Shown here: one piece after another, positions 13,985 through 23,403 of the stretch
Layout of the letters: each line of letters begins with the position of its first letter
Position numbering within the stretch: position 1 is the first letter of the stretch
Assembly (NCBI GenBank): GCA_043745485.1
Contig: JAYTSU010000034.1
Coordinates: forward strand, 21,944 to 45,943
Direction of reading: 5' to 3'
From: Candidatus Saccharimonadota bacterium
GTDB taxonomy: Bacteria > Patescibacteriota > Saccharimonadia > Saccharimonadales > JACDBH01
Length of the DNA: 24,000 nucleotides
Notes under the pieces: generated by a model
What the model saw: the letters and a program-made list of their open reading frames with translations, nothing else
What the model was told of the DNA's origin: nothing
The model's database searches: none
Program-made: the position numbers and the translations under genes

Positions 13985-15055
13985 TTAGCTCCTCATCAAT
14001 CGGTCTAATTCTTCGATATCAACGGCATAATTGCGAGCCTCGTCATACGTAATTGTCCCTGCATGGATGAGCGTAACGAGTGTTTTATCCATGCTCTGCA
14101 TACCAAATTCGGCACCTGTCTGGATTACGGCATCAAGCTGATGACTCTTGCCCTCGCGGATAATGTTGCGTACTGCTGGCGTTGCTACGAGGATCTCAGA
14201 CGCAGCAATACGCCCACCACCAATGGCTGGTATAAGCCGCTGACTACAGATGGCCATTAGAATGTTACTCAACTGAGCTCGGATCTGTGGTTGTTGGTGT
14301 GGTGGAAAGACATCGATCATACGGTCGATTGATTGGGCTGCAGAGTTAGTGTGCAGTGTCGCAAAAACCAAGTGACCTGTTTCTGCAATGGTTATAGCCG
14401 CGGCAATAGTTTCGAGATCACGCATTTCTCCAATCAACACAACGTCTGGATCTTGGCGCAAAGCACTCCGAAGCGCTGCGCTAAAAGAGTATGTGTCGTA
14501 GTGCACTTCTCGCTGTACAATAACCGAATGCTTACTCTTGTGCGTAAATTCGATTGGGTCCTCAATGGTAATAATATGCTGAGATTTTTCGGAATTGATC
14601 TTATGTATTAAGGCAGCAAGTGTCGTCGACTTTCCTGAACCAGTAGGGCCAGTTACAAGCACAAGGCCACGTGGGTAGTCAGTAAACTTTTGCACGACAG
14701 GAGGCAATCCCAGTTGTTCGACAGTCAATATTTCGTTGGGTATCAAGCGAAGTGCAGCAGCCAAGTTGCCACGCTCGTGGAAGGAGTTCACGCGAAAACG
14801 GCCAAGGTCGCCAAAGGCAAAACTAAAGTCAAACTCTTTGTCTTTGAGCAAAATTTGCTTTTGATCTTCGTCTAATATGGCAAAAATTAAAGTCTCGACT
14901 GTTTCTTCTGTTAAAGCTTCAGCGCCAGAAACCGGTAATAATGCGCCATCAACACGGAGCGTCGGCGGAAGTCCAACTTGCAAGTGAAGATCGGAGGCCT
15001 TCTTCTTAATTACTTCTTCAAGTAAAATTTCAATACGCGGAGCAGCAGATGCCAT
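13985..15055 (-). CDS. pilT: Type IV pilus retraction ATPase PilT
   Basis: 356 aa with Walker A GPTGSGKSTT, the His box ATLHTNSAAQSIDRMIDVF and the PilT signature AVRNIIREGKSHQL. Confidence 0.9.
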   Translation of the reverse strand: MASAAPRIEILLEEVIKKKASDLHLQVGLPPTLRVDGALLPVSGAEALTEETVETLIFAILDEDQKQILLKDKEFDFSFAFGDLGRFRVNSFHERGNLAAALRLIPNEILTVEQLGLPPVVQKFTDYPRGLVLVTGPTGSGKSTTLAALIHKINSEKSQHIITIEDPIEFTHKSKHSVIVQREVHYDTYSFSAALRSALRQDPDVVLIGEMRDLETIAAAITIAETGHLVFATLHTNSAAQSIDRMIDVFPPHQQPQIRAQLSNILMAICSQRLIPAIGGGRIAASEILVATPAVRNIIREGKSHQLDAVIQTGAEFGMQSMDKTLVTLIHAGTITYDEARNYAVDIEELDRLMRS

Positions 15056-15106
15056 TATATGCCACCTACCTGTTGTTTAATTCGTATCATCCCCACTCCT
15101 TCTTTT

Positions 15107-16894
15107 TTATGCCACATCATCTGCAGCCACTCTGTTTACTTCTGCTAAGCTGGTCCTGCCGGCTAGTGCTTTTAGATACCCGTCTTGCTGCATTGTAATC
15201 ATACCGTTGCTTTGTGCAGCCTTCTGGATCTCTCCTGCCGTTGCCCGCTTCATGATTAGATCCTGAATGTTTTCCTTAACATCAAAGACTTCATAAAGCC
15301 CTAGTCGACCTTTGTAGCCACCAGGCGCATCGGGTGCATCCTTACCCTTACTCAAAGTATAAGCGGTTTGACCACGAAGTGGCAAGGTTTTATAGCCTAG
15401 ATCTGCTGCAAACGCTGCAACATCACTTTCTTTCTCAGGCAGCAAGTGTCCAATATATTTATTAATTGCCTCCGCTTCAATCTTGTCACACTGATATTCT
15501 TCTGGCACGGCAATCCGCCGGACCAAACGCTGGCCAATAACTACACGCACGGTACTGGCAATCAAAAATGGTTCTATGCCCATATCAAGAAGCCGCGGCA
15601 AAATTCCGGCTGCAGAGTTAGTGTGCAATGTACTAAAAACCAAGTGTCCTGTTAAGGCCGCTTGCACTGCCAGGTTGGCAGTCTCTGGGTCGCGAATTTC
15701 TCCGACCATCACGACGTTTGGATCTTGACGCAATATTGAGCGCAACCCAGCAGCAAACGTCAGGCCAACATCTGCATTAACCTGAATTTGGTTGATGCCA
15801 TCCATCTTATACTCAACAGGATCCTCAAGCGTGACGATGTTTATACTTTCGTTCTTTATTTCCTGAATGAGCGCATAGAGGCTGGTTGACTTACCCGACC
15901 CGGTAGGACCCGATGTCAAAACCATGCCGTTAGGGTTCTTTACACCGTCGCGAATGGTGCGAAGTGCACGGCCGGTATAGCCCATATCCTCAAGCTTAAA
16001 GCTGGTGCCAGATTTGTCTAGTAAACGAATAACCACTTGTTCTCCCCAAACTACCGGGCTGATTGCAATACGGAGGTCAATATCCTTGTCTCCGACATGA
16101 ATAGTAAACTGACCATCTTGCGGTATACGGTGTTCATCAATCTTGAGGTTACTTAAGATCTTAATACGGCTGACTAGTGGTGGCTCTGTTGATTTTGGTA
16201 ACTTCATGATCTCGCGTAACACACCGTCAATCCGGGCGCGGATCTTGAGTTCATTTTCGAGTGGTTCAATATGTATATCCGATGCGCGGCTCTTAGCAGC
16301 GTACTCTAAAATAGTCGAAAGCGCCTTTGAAATTGGTGAGTCCTGCACAATTGTACGGATATTCTTAACTTTTGATGTGTCAGTAAGGCTACCGCCAGGC
16401 TGATCTGTAACACTCTGATCCTCAAGTGAGTCTGTAACACCTTTTGCAAGTGATGAGGGATACTGCAGGAGTATGTTACGAATGCCTTCTTCACTGGCAG
16501 CATAAACCTTAAGCGGGCGTCCAATTTTGTTGCTTAAGAAATCTACAGCCTGAACATTGTCGGCATCGAGCATAGCCACTACAAGACGATGCTGCATTTC
16601 TCCCAGTGGGACCGCCATATACCGCTCAGCTATCTCTTGGGGCAACAACTCCAGTGTTTTTAGATCGACGAGTGTACTGACAAGGTTTACATACGGTACT
16701 TTTGTAACTTGGGCAATTGTCTTGGTTAGATGCTCGTTATCTATAAGTTTGTCTGCGACCAGTTGTGAAAATAAAGGGGTACTATTGAGCTCTGCTTTTT
16801 TCTTAGCTGCGGCTAGCTTGTCTACGGCAACTAATTTATCCTTAATAAGCTGGTCTTCTACCTGCTTTTGGATGGCGGCAGATAAGACGCTCAT
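15107..16894 (-). CDS. pilB: Type IV pilus assembly (extension) ATPase PilB/GspE family
   Basis: 595 aa with an N-terminal GSPII_E_N-like domain (LLPQEIAERYMAVPL). It has Walker A SGPTGSGKSTS, the Asp box and STLHTNSAAG. Confidence 0.9.
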   Translation of the reverse strand: MSVLSAAIQKQVEDQLIKDKLVAVDKLAAAKKKAELNSTPLFSQLVADKLIDNEHLTKTIAQVTKVPYVNLVSTLVDLKTLELLPQEIAERYMAVPLGEMQHRLVVAMLDADNVQAVDFLSNKIGRPLKVYAASEEGIRNILLQYPSSLAKGVTDSLEDQSVTDQPGGSLTDTSKVKNIRTIVQDSPISKALSTILEYAAKSRASDIHIEPLENELKIRARIDGVLREIMKLPKSTEPPLVSRIKILSNLKIDEHRIPQDGQFTIHVGDKDIDLRIAISPVVWGEQVVIRLLDKSGTSFKLEDMGYTGRALRTIRDGVKNPNGMVLTSGPTGSGKSTSLYALIQEIKNESINIVTLEDPVEYKMDGINQIQVNADVGLTFAAGLRSILRQDPNVVMVGEIRDPETANLAVQAALTGHLVFSTLHTNSAAGILPRLLDMGIEPFLIASTVRVVIGQRLVRRIAVPEEYQCDKIEAEAINKYIGHLLPEKESDVAAFAADLGYKTLPLRGQTAYTLSKGKDAPDAPGGYKGRLGLYEVFDVKENIQDLIMKRATAGEIQKAAQSNGMITMQQDGYLKALAGRTSLAEVNRVAADDVA

Positions 16895-16953
16895 TGGTTT
16901 ACCACTTTCCTGCCAGCAGTACTAAAGGTATTATTCACGTTTTTTTGCACCTC

Positions 16954-17199
16954 TTACTCGTTAGCGAATGGCTGACTGTTAGTGTTTGGCCCAATTGTAA
17001 TCACCGTCGTTGGATTAACTGCTTCAGTGTTAAAGATTTTCTTATCTGGCAAATCAAAGTTTGAGCCAATTGGATTTACCACTTCAACAGTGAGCTTCTG
17101 GTCTTTTGCACTAAACAAGAAATTACTGCAGATGAGGTAGGAGAATATACCTGCGATAAAAACCGTGATTATAATAACAACTATGTCTTTTTGTTTCAT
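16954..17199 (-). CDS. Small membrane-anchored protein of unknown function inside the T4P operon
   Basis: 81 aa with one N-terminal TM helix (IVVIIITVFIAGIFSYLI). An ATGA overlap couples it to pilO. It occupies the position where diderm loci carry pilP. Confidence 0.5.
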   Translation of the reverse strand: MKQKDIVVIIITVFIAGIFSYLICSNFLFSAKDQKLTVEVVNPIGSNFDLPDKKIFNTEAVNPTTVITIGPNTNSQPFANE

Positions 17200-17855
17200 T
17201 TGACCACCTTGGACCCTATCTTAAGGTCTTTTTCTGGTTGATAAAATGTATTAGCAGAAATTACAGCTTGTATATTAGTGTTCGTACCAGTGAGTAATAT
17301 ACTTTGGACTTGGAACGGTCGGATTGATTTTTCAAGAGTTGCACTTAATTTTTGGATGCCGGCATAATCCGACTTTATATCTACAGAGAATGGCATTGCT
17401 ACTGCTTTCGTAGCAGAACCTGTGGCTTGAGCGGATGCATCATCGGTACCAGTAATTGCATTGATCTTGTAGCCAGTCAGTAACTTCTCGAGGCTAGTCG
17501 CAAGTGCTGGGAAGTCATATTTACTTGGCAGAGCATCAAGCACCAGTTTCCCGTTGTCGCCATCGCGCTCACCAGAGCCTATACCACTTCCACCTATCAA
17601 ATTAGGGTTTTGCGCAGCAAATGATTTGTAGGAAGCTACCAAAGTAGCAACAGCGGTTTTATTAGCTTTTAGCTGTTTTACTGCCTTTTCTTTTTCGCTT
17701 GCAACTTTATTAAGATAATTAGCTTGAGACAAAAATGTTTTGCTGGCAACCAGTGAAAACATTGTAATAATAGACGCACCTATGACCAGTCCGAGCATCA
17801 TTGCCTGGGTTTTATCAACTTGTATCCGCTTTGTCTGATGGAGATTTTTTGCCAT
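17196..17855 (-). CDS. pilO: PilO-like pilus alignment protein
   Basis: 219 aa with a short cytoplasmic N-terminus and a TM helix (MMLGLVIGASIITMFSLV). A coiled-coil segment (ANYLNKVASEKEKAVKQLKANK) and a C-terminal domain follow. It sits directly after pilN and overlaps it by 1 nt. Confidence 0.65.
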   Translation of the reverse strand: MAKNLHQTKRIQVDKTQAMMLGLVIGASIITMFSLVASKTFLSQANYLNKVASEKEKAVKQLKANKTAVATLVASYKSFAAQNPNLIGGSGIGSGERDGDNGKLVLDALPSKYDFPALATSLEKLLTGYKINAITGTDDASAQATGSATKAVAMPFSVDIKSDYAGIQKLSATLEKSIRPFQVQSILLTGTNTNIQAVISANTFYQPEKDLKIGSKVVK

Positions 17856-18532
17856 TAGTTTGTTCCTTTCGAATCAAAAACGCCTGTACTTAAACCTGGC
17901 AGTTCTGTTTTGGACCGTGTTGTGATTGTCTTTGGAACATTGAGTGTTACTGTCTTTGAGCCATCGAATAAAGTAGCGTCAAATAAGAAGTCGATTGTGT
18001 AGGTGGCATTTACAGCATCCCGGTTAAATGCCGTCAGAACAACCTGCGAGAAGGCCTTGGATTCGTCTTTAGAGCCGTCAACGGAGTATGTCGTAAACTT
18101 AAGCGTGTCAATGTAACGATTTACTGCTTCCAGGCTTTTTGCAGTACCCGTTATATTAAGTGCAGTTGTATCAAACTTTATATCGATTTTCGTCATACTG
18201 ATATCAGCCGGTGTCGTGGATTGGATGTAGCTATACAGACGGCTTGTTACTGGACGTTGTTTATATAATTCAGGCAGACTATTGAGCTGGTTCTGAATCG
18301 TAAGGATCTTAGCCAGGTCTGGTGTGCCCGAAAGGCTTGATTCATAACTCTTTATGTCTTTATTCAGGTCCTTGATGTGCTTTTTTTGCAAAGAAACAGC
18401 CGAGAACATAAGTATAAGTATTATAAGCGACAGCGCTACCGACAGCCCTGAAGTGATCATGACTACTCGCTTTGCCTTCTGGGCCTTTATATACGCAACT
18501 TTAACATCAGGTAGCAGGTTAAACTGAATCAT
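17855..18532 (-). CDS. pilN: PilN (fimbrial assembly) protein
   Basis: The N-terminus MIQFNLLPDVK carries the conserved INLLP motif that binds PilM. A TM helix and a coiled coil follow. Confidence 0.8.
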   Translation of the reverse strand: MIQFNLLPDVKVAYIKAQKAKRVVMITSGLSVALSLIILILMFSAVSLQKKHIKDLNKDIKSYESSLSGTPDLAKILTIQNQLNSLPELYKQRPVTSRLYSYIQSTTPADISMTKIDIKFDTTALNITGTAKSLEAVNRYIDTLKFTTYSVDGSKDESKAFSQVVLTAFNRDAVNATYTIDFLFDATLFDGSKTVTLNVPKTITTRSKTELPGLSTGVFDSKGTN

Positions 18533-19572
18533 TATTCTTGCCTCTGTGCAAGACCAGCTGCAACACCGAAGTGATTAGATAGACTCAGCAATTCGTTTTG
18601 GCGATCTGCCGGGAATGCAATATTACGCCACGCATTACCAATTTCAACATTCAAGCCAAATTTATTTGCCAGAAACAATGGGAATTCTGCTAAGGTTGAT
18701 GCCCCGCCGGTTACGATAATTCTGTCAATACGCGTGTTTAAATATCGAGTGGTAAAGAACTTTATAGACTTGTCCACATCACCCACCAACAGCTCCACTG
18801 TGCCGACAATGGCGTTATAGATCTGGCCTTCAAGCTTATCTTTGCCAAGCCCAAACTTAAACACAAATTGTTGTGCTTGTTGTTCGTCAATGTTGAGGTT
18901 TTGCATCGCACTTTTTACAATTGCATCGCTGCCGGTTGGGATGGATCGGGTCAAACGCGGCACGCCGTTCATAGTAATAATAATGTCGGTTGTTTTGTTG
19001 CCAATGTCCAAAACCATCGTCGGCAATATAGTTTCTGGTGCGGTCATAGCACGTGCCAATGCCAGCGTATCAGGCTCAAACGCAATAACATTCAGCCCAA
19101 TTGATTCCAACGCGTCCAAGCGGCCTTCAATATATTCATTAGCCACACTTGAAAGCAACACTTCTACTTTTCCTTGATCCTTTGGAGAGTCTCCCAGCAG
19201 TGCCCAGTCTAGCTTACTCTCAGACACAGGAGTTGGGATCAACGCGTCTGCTTGGAAGTTAATTGTCTTGCCAAGTTCGCTTGGGCTCAGGCGGTCCATA
19301 TCAACAACTGTCGTAAACACTCTGTTAGAAGGCAGGCCAACGGCAACATCTTTGATGGTTATGTCAGCTTGTTCCAAAAGTCCTTTTATAACCTGCACAA
19401 GCTTCTGCTGATCTGCCTTAGCATCACTGACAGACAGCTTTTGTTCTATTGGTGCATAGCCGTATTTGACTAATGTCTTGTTAGGACCACTGCCGCGTAG
19501 CTGGACGGCCCTAACAGCCGTAGTCCCGATGTCTAGTCCAAAGAAGTCAGATACCCCACTCAGCATGCTCAT
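18532..19572 (-). CDS. pilM: PilM, actin-like ATPase-fold pilus assembly protein
   Basis: 346 aa with FGLDIGTTAVRAVQL (phosphate-1 motif), VLDIGNKTTDI and IIVTGGAS. Confidence 0.9.
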   Translation of the reverse strand: MSMLSGVSDFFGLDIGTTAVRAVQLRGSGPNKTLVKYGYAPIEQKLSVSDAKADQQKLVQVIKGLLEQADITIKDVAVGLPSNRVFTTVVDMDRLSPSELGKTINFQADALIPTPVSESKLDWALLGDSPKDQGKVEVLLSSVANEYIEGRLDALESIGLNVIAFEPDTLALARAMTAPETILPTMVLDIGNKTTDIIITMNGVPRLTRSIPTGSDAIVKSAMQNLNIDEQQAQQFVFKFGLGKDKLEGQIYNAIVGTVELLVGDVDKSIKFFTTRYLNTRIDRIIVTGGASTLAEFPLFLANKFGLNVEIGNAWRNIAFPADRQNELLSLSNHFGVAAGLAQRQE

Positions 19573-19583
19573 AATTACTTAAA

Positions 19584-19592
19584 ATTATAGCA
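19584..19592 (-). promoter_or_regulatory. Extended -10 promoter (TGCTATAAT) of the pilM operon
   Basis: The minus strand reads TTGATTacgtcACGCTTATGCTATAATtttaagtaattATG. The -10 box ends 11 nt before the ATG and there is no SD. Confidence 0.5.
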
Positions 19593-19665
19593 TAAGCGTG
19601 ACGTAATCAATCTACTACTTATACGTAAACGTAGTTTGCGCGTTTCAATAGATAAATGTGTCAAT

Positions 19666-22600
19666 TTAATAGACCGGTGGAAGGCTAAAGACCGCGTCAT
19701 ATTTGCCATAGATGCCTGAGGACTTTGTGGTTTGATTTGGGTCGCGCAGTGGCGACGGAGCCAGGTACATTTCGGGAGTATAGTTAATTACTTCTGCAGC
19801 GTTTGTGAATTCCCCGGTTGCAAAATTAGGTGTTTCAACTGGAGAACTATCCTTAAGCGACTTAAATGTACGCATAAACTTTACTTGTTGGGCTACGAGT
19901 GCACCATTAATAACAAGTTGAGAACTACATTTTGTATATAAGTCCGTATCACTTGGGGCTACTCCATTCGGCGCACAGGTATATATCCGTCCATCAGTTG
20001 GATTAGTGGTCGTTAGATCCTTAGGCTGCGCAATCAACAATCCATCGATCCTCGTTACTGTCGGGTCAATATATATATTTCCTGTGGCAATTATGGCTAA
20101 GTACGGCAGCTGGTCTTGGGTATTGGCACCAGTGCCGTACGTTATGTTCCCCTTGATATACACATCCCCGTCCACATACACTGCCACCTGACTGCCCGCC
20201 AACACCGATAACGCATTTATGGTTAATGGCCCAGACAGCGTATAGCGGCTCTTACCTGCACTAAATGATACCGACGACGCCATTATTGACTGGGCTGAGA
20301 TAGTTGTATCCTGTGTACGTGTGTAATAGTCGGGCATACAAGCTGCTTTACCACCAAATGCGCCACCGTACGTACCATTTCCTGCCGTATTACTGAATGT
20401 ACTTCCCTTTATAGGAGTTGTTGTACCCGAACCTTTCAGTGATGATGAATAGAAACCTTTTATGTCTAGAAGTGCCATAACACCAAGTTGTCCTGACGAT
20501 CCCTTGGCATTTGTACCGCTGCCGTTCGAGTATGTATAAATACCTCCACCGTCCGTTGCACACGCACTGGCGTTATAACTTCCGCCGGCCCACACATCCG
20601 CGCCATATGTTTTTAAATACGGCAGGTTGGCTCGGTTAATGGTGGTAGTGCATGTATTACTAACAGAGCTGCCATCGGCTTGTCCACTGACTGTCGCGGC
20701 CACAGTATACGGGCCAGGGGTAGGTGGTGTTGGTAAGGCTGAGGGTGTCATTATGAACGATGGAGTGCCAGTCGGTGAGTAAGCACTAGAGCTGTAAGTA
20801 AGATCGGGGAAGTTACCATTACTAGTCGTAGGTGTAGTCGGGTCATTAATCTGTACTAAAGTCGTACCGTTGGTTATAGGCGGAGTTCCGACTGTCCCAC
20901 CATTTTTTACAGATATGTTTGGCACATAAGTAGTGAGGGTTTCGGCAGTACCGTCAGGCGTTAGGGTGCAGGATATTGACGTTGGAAAAGTTAACGCAAA
21001 GTCATAGCCGCCGTCAAAGCTAACATCCCCCCAACGGTCGTAACCATTGGCTCCGTCTAGTCCTGCTACTTGGTTATCGTATCTTCCAAGGCTACCACTA
21101 GGTGTTGTAGTAGGGTTAGGTGCCGTACAGTAGTTTTTGGGGGTACGGGTAGTAACATCAAAGGCTGGGCATAGCACCGTATAGCCAACTGTCCATGGCC
21201 GAACATAGGAGCCGTTAGCACCTATAGGTAGAGCACTACCGACATACACACAAAACGAGGTCCCTTTAGGCACAGTGAACGAATAGTAGCCGTTACTGTT
21301 TGTGGTAGCCGATACACCGGCTACACAGGTATTGACTGTCAAACCTGAATACTTAAGAGAGACGTCATAGGCGTTCATGATGGTACCCTGTATGGTTACG
21401 TTCTGCACCGCCATACATTCTTGCGGTACGGCATTACCCGGGAAACCATAACCCACACCATTAGGGGGCGCAGTGCTGGCTGTATTTATACCTAGTGCAG
21501 TTCCACCGGCTATGATACCGCTAATGGTGTAACTATTGCCTTTTGTAAGCTGTCCGGCATTCCACTGGAAGCCGTAATTAGGTATTTTGGGTTGTCCAGG
21601 TTTGTTATTATTTAACCAGTTTTCTACATCAGGTGTTCGGTAGTCTATATCGCTGGCTAAGTTGTTAATACTCGGGCTAGGTGTTCCGCCTACTGCCAAA
21701 TTCACGGTTGGGTCACTGCTGGTTGTGGCAGTCGAACTCCACGCCCATCCATAGAATATGGTATTACCAGCCACAAGCTGGCACGAGTCTATGTAACCGG
21801 CTTGAGAAGGACAATTATTTGACGCTGTAATTAAACTAGGATCTATAGTAACATTATAGGTAATAGCATTAATATAAGACAGTCCATCTATCCTTAAAGC
21901 GTAGGGAGTTGCTGGCTGCAATGTAGCTGGATAAGACGGAGATAGTCCAGCGCCTGTCGTTCCATTTCCACCGGTTATAATTGTTGTAGGATAACCTGGC
22001 GTTAAGGTTATAGTAAGCGCCATAGGAAAAGCTGCTGATTGTTGATAGACCCCGTTATCTGCATCTGCGAACCTTATTGAGACACCTTTAGCAGTTGTAA
22101 TACTACAAGGTAGAGTAAAGTCAAGGTTATAGTCAGCAACGCTATTATTAGGACGATTGCGGTTAGATATATTGAAGAAACTAGGAATGCCACTCACCGA
22201 TGCGGGGAGAAATGTTAGTCCTGGGTTTCCTGGCCCCCCAATGGTTAGCCTAAAAGAATTTTCTGCTGCGGCCGGCGCTACCCCACCATATAAGGGGTTC
22301 TTTATTCCACTGACATTTGCTATAAAAAGTGCTGAGTATTTACCTGTAGTTGGGTTAAAGTTTGAAGGGCCCAAAGTAAAAGTGAAACCTGCAGTACGAG
22401 CTACACAATTAGCTACATAGCCTGTAGACAGGCTACCAATTGAAGCGCCCAATGAATTACCACCAACATTGTAGTTAAATACGTTAAAATTCGTAGAAAA
22501 ATAAGGCTGCGTATACCCGTCAGAACGTTTTGGTAAATCTAAAGCTCTGCCATATCCAGAATAGGCAGAGTTTGTATTACACCACTGTGCTTCATCAATA

Positions 22601-22848
22601 ATTAACCCATAAACTCCAGGGCTATCACTAATAATCACAGCTGCAGCTACTGAGCCGTCAAATTCACCAGTACCGATTGTCATATATAATGGATAGTTCG
22701 TGCTTGCGTTTGGATCTGGGAAAGTCTTTGAAATAAGTGGTGCAGCATAGCTCTTTGTCGGATTAATAAATAAAATGCTTGCTAGAATGCTAAACATCAA
22801 AAATATAAAACAAAATTTGTTATTGCTAACTGTAGTAATAAATTTCAT
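19666..22848 (-). CDS. Large secreted/cell-surface protein (1060 aa), candidate adhesin
   Basis: The N-terminal signal peptide is FCFIFLMFSILASILFINPTKSYA|A. The protein is rich in Thr/Gly/Ser/Asn/Pro. A carboxypeptidase-regulatory/Cna-B-like segment (TIQGTI...NSNGYYSFTVPKGTSF) is present. The C-terminal region looks beta-helix-like (GDVYIKGNITYG..IATGNIYIDPTVTRIDGLLIA). There is no LPXTG motif. Its start has an ATGA overlap with the upstream gene. Confidence 0.75.
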   Translation of the reverse strand: MKFITTVSNNKFCFIFLMFSILASILFINPTKSYAAPLISKTFPDPNASTNYPLYMTIGTGEFDGSVAAAVIISDSPGVYGLIIDEAQWCNTNSAYSGYGRALDLPKRSDGYTQPYFSTNFNVFNYNVGGNSLGASIGSLSTGYVANCVARTAGFTFTLGPSNFNPTTGKYSALFIANVSGIKNPLYGGVAPAAAENSFRLTIGGPGNPGLTFLPASVSGIPSFFNISNRNRPNNSVADYNLDFTLPCSITTAKGVSIRFADADNGVYQQSAAFPMALTITLTPGYPTTIITGGNGTTGAGLSPSYPATLQPATPYALRIDGLSYINAITYNVTIDPSLITASNNCPSQAGYIDSCQLVAGNTIFYGWAWSSTATTSSDPTVNLAVGGTPSPSINNLASDIDYRTPDVENWLNNNKPGQPKIPNYGFQWNAGQLTKGNSYTISGIIAGGTALGINTASTAPPNGVGYGFPGNAVPQECMAVQNVTIQGTIMNAYDVSLKYSGLTVNTCVAGVSATTNSNGYYSFTVPKGTSFCVYVGSALPIGANGSYVRPWTVGYTVLCPAFDVTTRTPKNYCTAPNPTTTPSGSLGRYDNQVAGLDGANGYDRWGDVSFDGGYDFALTFPTSISCTLTPDGTAETLTTYVPNISVKNGGTVGTPPITNGTTLVQINDPTTPTTSNGNFPDLTYSSSAYSPTGTPSFIMTPSALPTPPTPGPYTVAATVSGQADGSSVSNTCTTTINRANLPYLKTYGADVWAGGSYNASACATDGGGIYTYSNGSGTNAKGSSGQLGVMALLDIKGFYSSSLKGSGTTTPIKGSTFSNTAGNGTYGGAFGGKAACMPDYYTRTQDTTISAQSIMASSVSFSAGKSRYTLSGPLTINALSVLAGSQVAVYVDGDVYIKGNITYGTGANTQDQLPYLAIIATGNIYIDPTVTRIDGLLIAQPKDLTTTNPTDGRIYTCAPNGVAPSDTDLYTKCSSQLVINGALVAQQVKFMRTFKSLKDSSPVETPNFATGEFTNAAEVINYTPEMYLAPSPLRDPNQTTKSSGIYGKYDAVFSLPPVY

Positions 22849-23354
22849 GATTTTGATTCTGGGTCACTACTTACCCTCTTCACATCTTTTGGATTTATGC
22901 CTTTAGTGGCATTTTCCTGAATGAATAACCATATATTTTTTATACTTTCGTCTTTAGCTATAGCTTCAGATTTTAGTACTTCGTTTGCTAAGTTTATTAT
23001 CTCTGGCAGTTTGTTCTCTTGCTCTAGTGCTTGGACATATAAACCATAACAAACTAACTGAAGGTTATCCTTTAAGGTCGGACAGTGCGTTGTAGCTTTT
23101 GCAATAACTGAGTCATAACTTTTTTGTTGATATAAATCATATATTGCATTTGTCTCTTCGTCTTTTATGTATGCGCGCATATCATTATTTGATTGCTCAT
23201 ACAGTCTTCTTTCTAACTCTGGGTCTCGTTTAGACGCTATCAAGTCTTGTTTTTTATGTAATTTAGCTGTAATAACAGTCGCAGTATAACCAGAAATCCC
23301 ACATACAATTAATATCGTGGCCATTATTAGTTTGCGATTTCCCCCTAAAGACAT
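22845..23354 (-). CDS. Membrane-anchored helical protein, unknown function
   Basis: 169 aa with an N-terminal TM helix (LIMATILIVCGISGYTATVI) and a helical, TPR-like soluble part. It is translationally coupled to the 1060-aa gene. Confidence 0.55.
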   Translation of the reverse strand: MSLGGNRKLIMATILIVCGISGYTATVITAKLHKKQDLIASKRDPELERRLYEQSNNDMRAYIKDEETNAIYDLYQQKSYDSVIAKATTHCPTLKDNLQLVCYGLYVQALEQENKLPEIINLANEVLKSEAIAKDESIKNIWLFIQENATKGINPKDVKRVSSDPESKS

Positions 23355-23360
23355 AAGCGA

Positions 23361-23390
23361 ATTATAACTTAAATCAAATTTTTATAACAA
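23361..23390 (-). promoter_or_regulatory. Candidate promoter of the orf169 / 1060-aa protein operon (leaderless-type)
   Basis: On the minus strand: TTGTTA (23385..23390), an 18-nt spacer, then TATAAT (23361..23366). The ATG at 23354 is 6 nt downstream. Confidence 0.45.
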
Positions 23391-23403
23391 TTATTGTCAG
23401 CAG

